This document shows positions 39,375-49,689 of a stretch of DNA of 64,000 nucleotides, piece by piece. The DNA is taken from NCBI GenBank assembly GCA_942491525.1, contig CALOBW010000030.1:157156-221155 (forward strand). Direction: 5' to 3'. How positions within the stretch are numbered: position 1 is the stretch's first letter; each line of letters opens with the position of its first letter. The notes under the pieces were generated by a model, which was not told the origin of the DNA, made no database searches, and saw nothing but the letters and a program-made list of their open reading frames with translations. The translations under genes and the position numbers were made by a program. This DNA comes from an uncultured Thermodesulfobacteriota bacterium. Its GTDB lineage: Bacteria > Desulfobacterota > Desulfomonilia > UBA1062.

Positions 39375-40544
39375 ATGGAACATCTCAAGACACAGGAGAG
39401 CATGAACATCTTTGAGCGCTACCTGAGCGTCTGGGTGGGACTCTGCATCATAGTCGGAATTGCCCTGGGCCGCCTGGCGCCGAATCTGGCCAAGAGTCTG
39501 GATTCCATGGCCATCACGGTTGGCGGCGCACCGGTGGTCTCGATCCCGATTGCCATCTGTCTCTTCTTCATGATGTACCCCATCATGGTCAAGATTGACT
39601 TTGCCGAGGTCATCAAGGCCGGCAGGAGCATCAGGCCGGTCAGCCTGACCCTGATTATCAACTGGGCCATCAAGCCCTTCACCATGTACTTGATCGCCTA
39701 TCTCTTCCTGGGCGTTCTATTCAAAGGCCTGATCGGACCCGAGGCCGTCGACCTGGTCAAGCTGCCCTTCGGCCTGGATCTGCCGCTGGGCGCCAAGTAT
39801 GGCGCCGGCACGGTGGTGCTGGCTGACGGAATCCGCATGCTGGAGGTGCCGCTCTGGCGCAGCTATCTGGCCGGCTGCATTCTGCTGGGCATCGCGCCCT
39901 GCACGGCCATGGTGCTGATCTGGGGCTATCTGGCCAAGGGCAATGACGGCCACACCCTGGTGATGGTGGCCATCAACTCGCTGGCCATGCTGCTGCTCTA
40001 CGGCCTGCTGGGCGGCTTTCTGCTGGGTATCGGCAAACTGCCGGTGCCCTGGGAGGCCCTGCTGCTCTCCATCACCGTCTATGTAGCCCTGCCGCTGGTG
40101 GCCGGCTTCATCTCCAGGCGCTGGATCATCCGCCTCAAGGGCGAGGCCTGGTTCAAGGAGAAGTTCCTGCACCTGCTGACCCCCATCACCATCATCGCCC
40201 TGCTGATCACCCTGGTGCTGCTCTTCTCATTCAAGGGCGAGGTCATCATAAACAATCCGCTGACCATCCTCTGGATCGCCATTCCGCTCTTGATCCAGAC
40301 CGTGCTGATCTTCAGCCTGGGCTACCTGCTGGCGCGCCTGCTGAAACTTGACTATCAGGATGCAGCCCCCACGGCCATGATCGGCGCCTCCAACCACTTT
40401 GAAGTGGCCATCGCCACGGCGGTCATGCTCTTCGGGCTCTCATCGGGCGCGGCCCTGGCCACCGTGGTCGGCGTGCTGATTGAGGTGCCGGTGATGCTGA
40501 TGCTGGTCAAGTTCTGCCTCAAAACCCGCGAATGGTTCGCCTGA
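39375..40544 (+). CDS. acr3: ACR3-family arsenite efflux transporter
   Basis: [25 protein letters not shown] and [12 protein letters not shown]. Confidence 0.95.
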   Translation: MEHLKTQESMNIFERYLSVWVGLCIIVGIALGRLAPNLAKSLDSMAITVGGAPVVSIPIAICLFFMMYPIMVKIDFAEVIKAGRSIRPVSLTLIINWAIKPFTMYLIAYLFLGVLFKGLIGPEAVDLVKLPFGLDLPLGAKYGAGTVVLADGIRMLEVPLWRSYLAGCILLGIAPCTAMVLIWGYLAKGNDGHTLVMVAINSLAMLLLYGLLGGFLLGIGKLPVPWEALLLSITVYVALPLVAGFISRRWIIRLKGEAWFKEKFLHLLTPITIIALLITLVLLFSFKGEVIINNPLTILWIAIPLLIQTVLIFSLGYLLARLLKLDYQDAAPTAMIGASNHFEVAIATAVMLFGLSSGAALATVVGVLIEVPVMLMLVKFCLKTREWFA

Positions 40545-40591
40545 TTTGCGCATGCTGATCCTATCATTATAATTTCAAGCTGGAGGTTAAA

Positions 40592-41101
40592 ATGGAGACC
40601 AACCAACTACCGCCCTATGACCTGAACAACTGCCCCAGCGGCTGCTGCCCCATCATCAACCCCGAGGACTGGGACGGCCAGGAGCTGCACTTCATGGAGA
40701 AACTCTTCATCAAGGCCGAGACCCGCAGCATCTTTCATATCCCGCTCAACATGGGCCGCGTCTTTCCCAAGGTCTGCGATGCCATGCAGACCGTCGGCGC
40801 CTTTCAGAACGACAACATCGCCGTGCTCTCATACGACCCCTCGCCCTGGCGCAGCGAGCACCTCTTCTCCTCAACGGCCGAGGTGCCGGGCTATGAGACG
40901 CTGCGCTTGAGCGGCGACTTCCTGACCAAGGTCTTTGAGGGACCCTACAAAAATGCTCCCAGGTGGGCGGAGGAGATGCAGCAGCTGGTCGAGCAGCGGG
41001 GCAGGCAAGTCAAGAAGACCTACTTCTTCTACACCACCTGCCCCAAATGCGCCAAAGCCTACGGCAAGAACTATGTGGTGGCCATCAGCCAGTTTGCATA
41101 G
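40592..41101 (+). CDS. Conserved GyrI-like 'hydrolase' protein
   Basis: CCPIINPEDWD, FHIPLNMG, VFEGPYK and YTTCPKCAKAYGKNYVV. Confidence 0.7.
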   Translation: METNQLPPYDLNNCPSGCCPIINPEDWDGQELHFMEKLFIKAETRSIFHIPLNMGRVFPKVCDAMQTVGAFQNDNIAVLSYDPSPWRSEHLFSSTAEVPGYETLRLSGDFLTKVFEGPYKNAPRWAEEMQQLVEQRGRQVKKTYFFYTTCPKCAKAYGKNYVVAISQFA

Positions 41102-41159
41102 CTGGCGCTTGCCAAAAAGCATAAAACCCCATAACAAGTATGTCTACATGGAGGTCTTT

Positions 41160-42494
41160 ATGCAAAAAATAGTCAGAATTATTATCCTGTTCGCCCTGCT
41201 GCTGGCTCCAGTTGTGCCGGCCAGTGCCCAGACTGAAACCCTGGTGGTCAACGCCACCACCACCGGCATCGCCTCATCAGTCACGGCGGTCAAAGCTTCT
41301 GCCGAGATGAGCAGCGATATCGACCGCATCACCGACCAGGCCTCCCAGAAGCTGGGATCCTGGGTCAAGGCCGACCTTTTCTTCGGCATCAGCTACATCA
41401 AGCTGTTCATCTGTTTTGCGCTCTTTCTGCTGGTGATCATATTTGAACGCATCCTGAACACGCTCTTCAGCAAGAAGATCCATAAAATACTCAAGGAGAC
41501 CGGCAGGTTTGAAATTCTGAGCGCCTCAATCGAGAGCCTCACCAAACCGACGGCCCTCTTCATCATCACCTACGGCGGTTTCTGGGCCTTCTCACCCCTC
41601 TACCCTCACTTTGTGACCGCAGCCGGCACCAACCCGACCCAGCTGATCATCAGCAAGGTGGTCGATCTGCTGGCCTACATCGCCCTTTTCTGGCTGATCT
41701 ATAACCTGGTCACCATCTTCGACCGATATATGATGCGCAAAACCAAGCAGACCGCCACCGATCTGGATGACATGCTAGTGCCGCTGATCTCCAAGGCCCT
41801 GCGCATCTTCATCGTGCTGATGGGCGCGGCGGTTATCCTGCACAGCATGACCGGCCTGGACTTGGGCCCCATGCTGGCATCCCTGGGAATCGGTGGTGTG
41901 GCCATCGCCTTTGCCGCCAAGGACTCGCTGGCCAACCTGCTGGGATCCCTGACGATCCTCTTTGACAAGCCCTTCTCGGTGGGCGAGCGCATCTCTATCG
42001 AGGGTTATGACGGCACAGTCGAAGAGGTCGGCTTCCGCAGCACGCGCCTCAGAACTCTGACCGGCCATCAGGTCTCAATTCCCAACGAGAAGGTGGTCAA
42101 CACCTCGCTGGAAAATATCGGCCGCCGGCCCCACCTGCGCTGGTCAACCACCTTGAGCCTGACCTATGACACCCCGGTCGCCAAGGTTGAAAAAGCCGTC
42201 GAGATCGTACGCGAAATACTGGAAAACCATGAGGGCATGCATGAAGATTTTCCGCCACGGGTCTACTTCAGCGGTTTCGGCGACTGGAGCCTCAACATCA
42301 TGGTACTGGCCTGGTACCATCCGGCCCAGTACTGGGACTATATGAACTGGCTGCAGCACACCTGCCTTAAGATCATGCAGGCCTTCGAGGCCGAAGGCAT
42401 CGAGTTCGCCTTCCCGACCAGCACAACCTACCTGGCCAATGATGACAGGCGCCAGCTCAAGCTTGGGATACCTGAAGGATTGACTGACAGATAA
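41160..42494 (+). CDS. mscS: Small-conductance mechanosensitive channel with N-terminal extension
   Basis: ASLGIGGVAIAFAAKD, DKPFSVGE, GTVEEVGFRST, IPN and GIEFAFPT. Confidence 0.92.
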   Translation: MQKIVRIIILFALLLAPVVPASAQTETLVVNATTTGIASSVTAVKASAEMSSDIDRITDQASQKLGSWVKADLFFGISYIKLFICFALFLLVIIFERILNTLFSKKIHKILKETGRFEILSASIESLTKPTALFIITYGGFWAFSPLYPHFVTAAGTNPTQLIISKVVDLLAYIALFWLIYNLVTIFDRYMMRKTKQTATDLDDMLVPLISKALRIFIVLMGAAVILHSMTGLDLGPMLASLGIGGVAIAFAAKDSLANLLGSLTILFDKPFSVGERISIEGYDGTVEEVGFRSTRLRTLTGHQVSIPNEKVVNTSLENIGRRPHLRWSTTLSLTYDTPVAKVEKAVEIVREILENHEGMHEDFPPRVYFSGFGDWSLNIMVLAWYHPAQYWDYMNWLQHTCLKIMQAFEAEGIEFAFPTSTTYLANDDRRQLKLGIPEGLTDR

Positions 42495-42529
42495 GATCTA
42501 AGCCGGCAGAGACCCTGCCGGCCCGACTC

Positions 42530-42862
42530 CTAACACTGACAGTACTTGCGCCAAACCTCATCATTGGTGGTCGAGCTGATGCGAACGCCCAGCATCATGT
42601 TCTTGCGCTCAACCCTGGTGACTGTGCCATGCGCTTCCAGATCCAACCCCTCAAAGGTGATGGTGATCGGCTGGTGCAGCATCTTGCGGGCCTCCATCAG
42701 ACCCATCTCGCCCAGCTCATCAACCTCTCTGAGCTTCATGCCTGACCAGCTGACATTGTCAATGCTGGAGTTGTGGGTATCCCCCTGAAACACCTTATAA
42801 TTGACTTTGCCGCCCATCAGGTGACGGGGATAATGCCTGCGATCTTCATGACTTAATCTCAT
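42530..42862 (-). CDS. PilZ-domain c-di-GMP receptor
   Basis: RRHYPR (RxxxR) and NVSWSG (D/NxSxxG); GGAGG before ATG at 42862. Confidence 0.8.
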   Translation of the reverse strand: MRLSHEDRRHYPRHLMGGKVNYKVFQGDTHNSSIDNVSWSGMKLREVDELGEMGLMEARKMLHQPITITFEGLDLEAHGTVTRVERKNMMLGVRISSTTNDEVWRKYCQC

Positions 42863-43035
42863 GACAGCACCTCCACTCTTTTCTGACAGATGCAATTTCC
42901 GGCGCCCATAAATTTAAGATTCCAATGCGCCCTTATTGTATAATGCTGCCACTTATTGAGATGAGATAATTGCGGCGGTGGGTTCAATGATTATTCATTT
43001 GCATTTGAGAGTTTTTGCGCTAGATTCGCCCCAGC

Positions 43036-44004
43036 ATGAAGAAAATTACACCCTACATTCCGGGCCTGGCCGTCTGCGGACTGATCGGCCTAAGCGCCAT
43101 CCTGCTGGCGGGCTACATCCCCTACCTGGGCAGCGTCACAATTGCCCTGATTATCGGCATGTTACTGGGCGGCCCGGTCCGCAAGCATAATTTTTTCAAA
43201 CCCGGTATCAACTTCAGCGACAAACGGCTGCTGCCCTTCACCATTGCGCTGCTGGGTGTCGAGCTGCAGCCCAAAGTTCTGTTCGACCTGGGCCTGCCGG
43301 CCATCGGCCTGATTGTCGGCCTGATGGGCATAACGATTCTCAGCGGCCTGCTGCTGGGACAGCTCCTGGGTTTGAACCGCAAACTGAGCCTGCTGCTGGG
43401 CTGCGGCAACGCGGTCTGCGGCTCCAGCGCCATCGCCAGCGTCAGCAAAACCATTGATGCCTCTGAACAGGACGCGGGCCTCTCCATTGCCGCGGTCAAC
43501 TTCATGGGAACCCTGGGAATCTTCATCCTGCCCCTGCTGGCATTGAGCCTGGGCCTGGACGATACGCGCAGCGGCGGCCTGATCGGCGGCATCCTGCAGG
43601 CCGTCGGCCAGGTCGTTGCAGCCGGCTACTCTATCAATCCCGAAGTTGGCCAGCTGGCCGTCCTGATAAAGATGGGACGAGTACTGATGCTGGGGCCCAT
43701 CATCATTATCCTGAGCCTGTTTTACCGCCGCAGCGATCAGCAGGGCCAGAGTACCTTACCGGTGCCGCTCTTCATCGTGGGCTTTTTCGCCCTTGCCCTG
43801 CTGGTCGGACTCTTTCCCGCCCAGCTAACTGCCAGCATCAAGGCCTGCGCCAAGGTCCTGCTCACAATTGCCATGGCCGGCATCGGCCTCAAGATCGACC
43901 TCTTGGCCCTCCGAGAACAGGGACCCAAGATCATGATTGCAGAAAGTTCAATTATGCTGATCCAGATCGGCAGCGGTATCGCCCTGGTGATGCTGCTCTT
44001 CTAG
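43036..44004 (+). CDS. YeiH-family putative sulfate exporter
   Basis: LLGCGNAVCGSSAI, QVVAAG, IKMGRVLML and MAGIGL. Confidence 0.9.
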   Translation: MKKITPYIPGLAVCGLIGLSAILLAGYIPYLGSVTIALIIGMLLGGPVRKHNFFKPGINFSDKRLLPFTIALLGVELQPKVLFDLGLPAIGLIVGLMGITILSGLLLGQLLGLNRKLSLLLGCGNAVCGSSAIASVSKTIDASEQDAGLSIAAVNFMGTLGIFILPLLALSLGLDDTRSGGLIGGILQAVGQVVAAGYSINPEVGQLAVLIKMGRVLMLGPIIIILSLFYRRSDQQGQSTLPVPLFIVGFFALALLVGLFPAQLTASIKACAKVLLTIAMAGIGLKIDLLALREQGPKIMIAESSIMLIQIGSGIALVMLLF

Positions 44005-44060
44005 GACTTTCAGATTAACAAAGCTGCATAAGCTAAAACATTGAATATGGAGGAATCTTT

Positions 44061-44462
44061 ATGCTCAGAATTAAATACACCCTCTGGGGTGCCGGCATCT
44101 TCAACCTGGCAGGCGTGCTTATCTTTTCGCTCTGCTTCACCAACCCCCACCTGAACGATTACTATCCGCTGGTATTTTCCAACTTCGGCCTGATCGCAAT
44201 CATGCTCTGGGGCCTGGCCTATATCTCAGTTGCCGGGAGCTACATGCACGTCAGAGAGCTTATGTTTGTCTTTGCCGTCGAAAAATTGGTCTATGTCATA
44301 TCCTGGGTCGGCTTCCTGATGACCTCCGGCCACCTGCTGCCTGAAATATTCGAAAAATCAATAATGAGCGGCCTCTTCCTGAGCGCCTACGGCCTGGGAG
44401 ACTTCATTTTCGGCTGCTTCTTCAGCTGGGTCGGCATCAGGGGCTACCGGATCACCAGCTAA
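44061..44462 (+). CDS. Hypothetical 4-TM membrane protein
   Basis: GGAGG RBS and four hydrophobic segments (IMLWGLAY, FAVEKLVY). Confidence 0.75.
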   Translation: MLRIKYTLWGAGIFNLAGVLIFSLCFTNPHLNDYYPLVFSNFGLIAIMLWGLAYISVAGSYMHVRELMFVFAVEKLVYVISWVGFLMTSGHLLPEIFEKSIMSGLFLSAYGLGDFIFGCFFSWVGIRGYRITS

Positions 44463-44463
44463 C

Positions 44464-45330
44464 CTAACTACTGACATCGATGTGACGTTTGAACAACTCC
44501 TGAAACTCCTCCAGGTCCTTCAAATTTGTCAGATTGTGGTCTTCATAGGCCTCATTGACATAAAATTCGGACAGCGAGAAGGCCCGTTCAAGATCGCTGA
44601 GCGCATTTTCCAGATAGCCCAGTTTGGCACAGGCACAGGCCCGCTGATAAAAGGCATTGGCATTTTCCTGATCAATGGCAAGCGCCCGGTTGCAAAGACG
44701 CATGGCCCATTCCGGTTCATTCAGCTCCAGGACCGAGTCGGCCTTATAACTTAAGGCCTCAACATCATCCGGGCGGATGCTCAAGATCTGATCGAAAGCT
44801 TCAATCTTGCCCTGGGGAGTCGACTCGATGCCGGCTTTCATCCAGAGAGACTGAATTGTATTTGTCAACACGATTTCCTGCTGGTTATCCATAATCGCCT
44901 GTGATTTATTGCGAATTTCCTCTTCCATCACCGACAGACGTTTTTCATAGGTTTCGATGACATCCGCAACCTCACTCTCAACCGTCTCTCTGATCTTATC
45001 TTTGATTTCACGCAGCGAATTCCAGCCCAGCAGCACCAAAATCGAGGCTGCCGCCGCAATAATATAGAAAATATTATTCACCGTACTGGTGGCATAATTA
45101 ATGGCCTTGTCGGCTACCAGCAGCTCCTTGTCGGCGATCTTCTCCGTCATCTCCGCCCTGAGATTCAGCATCTCACTGCGCAACTGCTTAACCTCATCAA
45201 GAATATATCGCTCGACAAACGGATTATAGAGTGGCTTTTCCAGGCCTTCAATGGGGTCGGCTGATTCAGCGGCCAGCGGTAATGCCGTCGCGCAACAGAA
45301 CCAAAACATCAAAAAAAATTTTTTTACCAT
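44464..45330 (-). CDS. Exported/TM tetratricopeptide-repeat protein
   Basis: Signal peptide, coiled coil, TM segment, then TPRs (ALSYKAD...AFYQRACACAKLG). Confidence 0.85.
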   Translation of the reverse strand: MVKKFFLMFWFCCATALPLAAESADPIEGLEKPLYNPFVERYILDEVKQLRSEMLNLRAEMTEKIADKELLVADKAINYATSTVNNIFYIIAAAASILVLLGWNSLREIKDKIRETVESEVADVIETYEKRLSVMEEEIRNKSQAIMDNQQEIVLTNTIQSLWMKAGIESTPQGKIEAFDQILSIRPDDVEALSYKADSVLELNEPEWAMRLCNRALAIDQENANAFYQRACACAKLGYLENALSDLERAFSLSEFYVNEAYEDHNLTNLKDLEEFQELFKRHIDVSS

Positions 45331-45606
45331 CGTTAACTCCCTTTATACGAGTCACCAAAAACGACTCTGCCCTCTTTATAATTTTCAATTTCAATCATAA
45401 AAATGGCAGCAGCAATCAAGCTTACGCGTTAAGATAAGATTATCGGGATCATATCCGCTAATCTATGTATTGATAACTAAACAAGATTAATTTGACTTGA
45501 TGAGTTTTTTTAACTATACCCTCTTACAAATTTTAAATCCAGGGGAGACTCAATCTTTTTTTTACCTGGTGGGGTGGGCTGCTCGCAAATCACAAGCCCA
45601 TCATCA

Positions 45607-46098
45607 TCACTCACCTCCGGAATTCATAAAACCAAATGAGCCGGGTCCTGCACCCAATGCTTTTTCCAAAATCTCCTGCAGCACGCTACGCCGCTCGGAG
45701 ATTTCCTGCTCGTTAAAATTGAAGAGACCGCCGTCCAGCAGAAAATGGGCACCGGTCAAGAGTAGCTGCATGGTTTCCAACGGTCGTTTGGCATTGAAAA
45801 CTTTCTCCCGATTACCCTGCTCGACAATGCTGGCCAATATCGGTGAAAGCTTTTGGATGGTCTGAATGTTGGTAATCTCATGCAGCTCCCGGTTAGCCGG
45901 CAGATGCAGGTGCTCCACGACATCCTGGGTATCATCCAGGCCCATATGACTGTCTGAGAGCAGCGCCTCCATCTTTGCCATGGCACTCAGGCAGGGGTCA
46001 GCCGCAATATCCTGTACCATCTGCACCATCCGATCTAGATGGTGATCAACCACCGCCCGCAGAACCTCATCTTTGGATCTGTAGTGATAGTAGAAGGT
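45607..46098 (-). pseudogene. TetR-family regulator lacking the first half of its HTH
   Basis: In frame TFYYHYRSKDEVLRAVVDH.., but an in-frame stop lies ~7 codons upstream and helices 1-2 are missing. Confidence 0.75.
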
Positions 46099-46217
46099 TA
46101 AGACAAGCAGTCGGCAGCTCTATCCGTAGTTTTATCAGCCGCGTGGTTGATCTTACGGTTATTATTCTTGGGATGTGGCCGGGGGGGAAAAAAATTTGAA
46201 GGTGGTTAAGCTAATTT

Positions 46218-47072
46218 CTACTGCAGCCAGGCGTTAACCTTGGCTTCATTCTCTTTGATCCAGCGCCGCGCGGTCTCGGCAGGCTTGGCGCCGTCTTCCT
46301 GATTCCAGACCATGACGGTCTGCATGTCGGCCGGGCTCCACTCAAACTTATCGAGGAGGTTGTAGGCTTCAGGCATATCCTCCTTGAGGCCCTTGCGCAC
46401 GATGGTGTTGACGAACTCGGCTTCGCCGTAGATCAGTTTGGAATCCTCAAGATATTTGAGATCCCAGCGGGCAAACATCCAGTGGGGGGTCCAGCCGGTA
46501 ATTACGATCCACTCCTTGTTCTTAACGGCGTCCGCCAGGGCGGCGGTCATGGTGGCACCGGAGCCCTCCATGAGTTCCAGCTTGTCCAGGCCGTATTCGG
46601 CCAGAACCTTCTCGGTCTTGCTCATCAGGCCGGCGCCGGGGTCGATGCCGATGATCTTGCCCTTGAACTTGTCGGCGGATGCATTGAGCTCCTCGATGGA
46701 GTTGATCTCAACATAGGCCGGCACAACCAGGCCGATCTTGGTGCCGGTCAGGTTCGGCCCCAGATCCACAACCTTATCCTTGACACTGTCCAGGTAGTGG
46801 CCGTGGGTGGTCGGCAGCCAGGCGGCCACCAGTCCGTCAACATCACCGGTACCGACCGCCTGCCACATGGCGGCGGCGCTGACCGGCGTCAGTTCAACCT
46901 CATAGCCCAGCTTATCTTCAAGCACGGCAGCCACAACATTGGTGCTGGCAATTTCAGAGGCCCACTCCACATAGGTCAGCTCTATTTTCTTGACCTGGGC
47001 CGCATCCTTCTCGGCGCAACCCGCAATACCAAGCAGCATAACTGCCATGATGATTCCAAAAATTCTTTTCAT
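46218..47072 (-). CDS. proX: Glycine betaine/proline ABC substrate-binding lipoprotein
   Basis: IAGC lipobox, YVEWASE, AWLPTTH, IGIDPGAG and GWTPHWMF; start at 47072 after GAGGAG. Confidence 0.92.
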   Translation of the reverse strand: MKRIFGIIMAVMLLGIAGCAEKDAAQVKKIELTYVEWASEIASTNVVAAVLEDKLGYEVELTPVSAAAMWQAVGTGDVDGLVAAWLPTTHGHYLDSVKDKVVDLGPNLTGTKIGLVVPAYVEINSIEELNASADKFKGKIIGIDPGAGLMSKTEKVLAEYGLDKLELMEGSGATMTAALADAVKNKEWIVITGWTPHWMFARWDLKYLEDSKLIYGEAEFVNTIVRKGLKEDMPEAYNLLDKFEWSPADMQTVMVWNQEDGAKPAETARRWIKENEAKVNAWLQ

Positions 47073-47080
47073 AACTCCTC

Positions 47081-47911
47081 CTATTTTCTTTGTATTCTGA
47101 TGTTCTGTGTAATTCTGTCCAGAATGATGGCCACAATGACCACGGCGGTGCCGGCCTCGAAGCCGTTGCCGGGCTGGAAGCGCTGGATGGCTTTCCAAAC
47201 CTCACCACCTAAGCCCTTGGCGCCGATCATGGCTGCGATGACAACCATGGAGAGCGAGAGCATAATGGTCTGATTGATACCGGCCATGATGGTGGGACTG
47301 GCCATGGGCAGCTGCACCTTGATCAACTTCTGCCAGCGGGTGGCGCCAAACGAGTCGGCGGCCTCGATCATCTCTTCGGGCACCTGTTCAATGCCCAGAC
47401 AGGTCAGCCGGATGGCCGGCGGCATGGCAAATATGACGGTGGAAAAAATGGCCGCCACCGGGCCCAAGCCAAAGAATGGGATGGCCGGAATGAGATAGAC
47501 AAAGGCCGGCATGGTCTGCATGAAATCGAGGATCGGCATGATTATGCGCTTGGCATTCGGGCGCAGGGCGGCCCAGATGCCCAGGGGCATGCCGATCACA
47601 ACAGCCACGAGGGTGGCCAGGATGACCATGGCCAGGGTGCTGACCGTTGCGGGCCAGAGCTCAATATTCCAGATGAAGAGCAGGCCAAGCAGGGTGAAGA
47701 TGCCGATCTTGCGGCCGCTGTGCCACCAGGCCAGCGCTGCAAGCAGCACGATCATGATCAGGGGCGGCACAAAGAGGAAGGCATCCACGGTGGCATCGAT
47801 GCCGACCTCGGTCACGGCCGAGATGGCCTTGGTGGCCCCGGAAAGGTTCGTCGTCAGATAATCCAGGCCGGCCTCGATCCAATCGCCAAAGGGTATTCTA
47901 GGAATCTGCAT
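47081..47911 (-). CDS. proW: Glycine betaine/proline ABC permease
   Basis: LDFMQTMPAFVYLIP, EAADSFGATRWQ and MIGAKGLG. Confidence 0.95.
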   Translation of the reverse strand: MQIPRIPFGDWIEAGLDYLTTNLSGATKAISAVTEVGIDATVDAFLFVPPLIMIVLLAALAWWHSGRKIGIFTLLGLLFIWNIELWPATVSTLAMVILATLVAVVIGMPLGIWAALRPNAKRIIMPILDFMQTMPAFVYLIPAIPFFGLGPVAAIFSTVIFAMPPAIRLTCLGIEQVPEEMIEAADSFGATRWQKLIKVQLPMASPTIMAGINQTIMLSLSMVVIAAMIGAKGLGGEVWKAIQRFQPGNGFEAGTAVVIVAIILDRITQNIRIQRK

Positions 47912-47912
47912 C

Positions 47913-49100
47913 TTAATCTCCAATATTGGCGAGCCCGGCGATCAGACTGGTTCTGTCGATCACGCCAAGCAGTTTGTTGCTGTCGTTGACCACGGCCACC
48001 GGATAGTGCTGCTCCAGGGAGGTGGTGAAAATATCCTGGATGGGGGTATCGGGACTAACCTTCTCCACATCGCGGATAATAATGTCCGGCATGGTGCCGA
48101 CGCCCTGCTGCAGGGCCTCATAGGCATCATCAGCCAGGAAGACGCCGCGCAGTTTATGCTCCTTGTCGATCACATAGATATGCCCGAGGCCGGCGCCCTC
48201 CATCTTGCGCAGGATGGTGCGCGGCCCATCGCTCATGCGGGCCGTGGCCCACGGTTTCTTCATGACGCTCTCGGCGGTCAGAACCTTGGTCATATCCACA
48301 TCTTCAACAAACTTTTCAACATAGCGGGTGGCCGGATTGGTCAAAACCTCTTCCGGCGTGCCCTGCTGCACGATGCGGCCATCCTTCATCAGGATGATGC
48401 GGTCGCCCAGCTTGATAGCCTCATCCAGGTCGTGACTGATGAAGATGATGGTCTTGTTGACCCGCTCCTGCAACTCCATCAGCTCATCCTGCATCTCGCG
48501 GCGGATGAGCGGGTCCAGGGCGCTGAAGGCCTCATCCATCAGCAGAATCTCGGGATCGACGGCCAGAGCACGGGCCAGGCCGACGCGCTGCTGCATGCCG
48601 CCGGAGAGCTGATCAGGGTAGGAGTCTTCCCAGCCCTTAAGGCCGACCAGTTCGAGCGACTCCAGGGCCTTCGCCCGCCGCTCCTCCGGCTCAATGCCCT
48701 GGATTTCAAGACCGAACTCAGTGTTCTCCACCACGGTACGGTGCGGAAAGAGGGCAAAGTGCTGAAAAACCATGGCAAACTTTTCGCGCCTGAAGTCGCG
48801 CAGTTCATCACTGTCGAGCCTGGTGACATCGATCCCGTCGATGGTGATCTCACCGGACGTGGGCTCAATCAACCGATTGAGGCAGCGGATCAGAGTGGAC
48901 TTGCCGCTCCCGGAGAGACCCATGACCACGAGCAGCTCGCCCTCTTCAACTTCGAAGGTGACGCCACCGACGCCGACCGAGTGCCTGGTCTTTTTGAGAA
49001 TTGTTTCATTGGCGGCGCCGCCCTCAAGCATCTGCAATGCTTTCTGCGGGTGATCACCGAAAATTTTAACTAGATTATTAACTGCGATTTTGGTTGTCAT
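47913..49100 (-). CDS. proV: Glycine betaine/proline ABC ATPase with CBS pair
   Basis: GLSGSGKST, LSGGMQQRVGLARAL, MDEAFSALDPLIR and a C-terminal CBS pair. Confidence 0.96.
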   Translation of the reverse strand: MTTKIAVNNLVKIFGDHPQKALQMLEGGAANETILKKTRHSVGVGGVTFEVEEGELLVVMGLSGSGKSTLIRCLNRLIEPTSGEITIDGIDVTRLDSDELRDFRREKFAMVFQHFALFPHRTVVENTEFGLEIQGIEPEERRAKALESLELVGLKGWEDSYPDQLSGGMQQRVGLARALAVDPEILLMDEAFSALDPLIRREMQDELMELQERVNKTIIFISHDLDEAIKLGDRIILMKDGRIVQQGTPEEVLTNPATRYVEKFVEDVDMTKVLTAESVMKKPWATARMSDGPRTILRKMEGAGLGHIYVIDKEHKLRGVFLADDAYEALQQGVGTMPDIIIRDVEKVSPDTPIQDIFTTSLEQHYPVAVVNDSNKLLGVIDRTSLIAGLANIGD

Positions 49101-49146
49101 TTTTTAATTACCTGTTTTTTGCGTGTTAAGAGACTATTCATTTGAT

Positions 49147-49197
49147 GTGAATTTCTTGAATTTCACCCAACGTAACAAACCTCAATGACATTGTCAA
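49147..49197 (-). promoter_or_regulatory. proVWX sigma70 promoter with palindrome over +1
   Basis: TTGACA-17-TACGTT with TG extension; GTGAATTTC-TT-GAATTTCAC at 49147-49166. Confidence 0.65.
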
Positions 49198-49480
49198 ATC
49201 AGCCACCAATTCGCCACAATATGCTGTTTATAAACATGATACGATGAAAATCAGGAAGATTTACTCAACCCTCAACTGGGCATATCTATCTAAATTTAAT
49301 TATATAAACATCCGATTTAATGGATCAATAGGCCGTATTTTTTTTATTTAAAATTAAAATAGTGACACCAGTAAAATAAAATTCTAATTTCAATTAGTTA
49401 GATCAAAAACAAAAACAACTGATATTACATATAGTTACCTGCTACATTGTTTGCAAACACCAACTATAGATTTCTCAAAT

Positions 49481-49509
49481 TTGACAATTACTTCAAATTG
49501 CCGTACCAT
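49481..49509 (+). promoter_or_regulatory. ectABC sigma70 promoter
   Basis: TTGACA-17-TACCAT; implies a 5' leader of about 175 nt. Confidence 0.7.
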
Positions 49510-49541
49510 GAATCACCATTATGGAAGTTTTCAACTACTAC

Positions 49542-49673
49542 TAAATTTCAAGCAACCCATCATTAGAACCGCAATGCGCCTTTTGTTTAGATCTCATATT
49601 GATTGTTTTCTGGCACCAATGGACGCAGCAAAATTACAATATCCATATAAGGCTAATGTTGCCTTGAAATTTA
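49542..49673 (+). ncRNA. Candidate structured 5' leader of ectABC
   Basis: Nested complementary segments TAAATTTCAAG/CTTGAAATTTA, CATTAG/CTAATG and ATATTG/CAATAT; the structure ends just before the AAGGAG SD. Confidence 0.45.
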
Positions 49674-49689
49674 CACCAAAGGAGATGTT

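Noticed and set aside
48006-49073. 355-aa plus-strand ORF, and similar long ORFs at 12512-13477, 19599-20609, 23197-24138, 36178-37155, 54563-55459, 56026-56985 and 62819-63775
   Set aside because: Antisense shadows of well-supported genes, expected from GC-rich codon bias; no RBS or family motifs.
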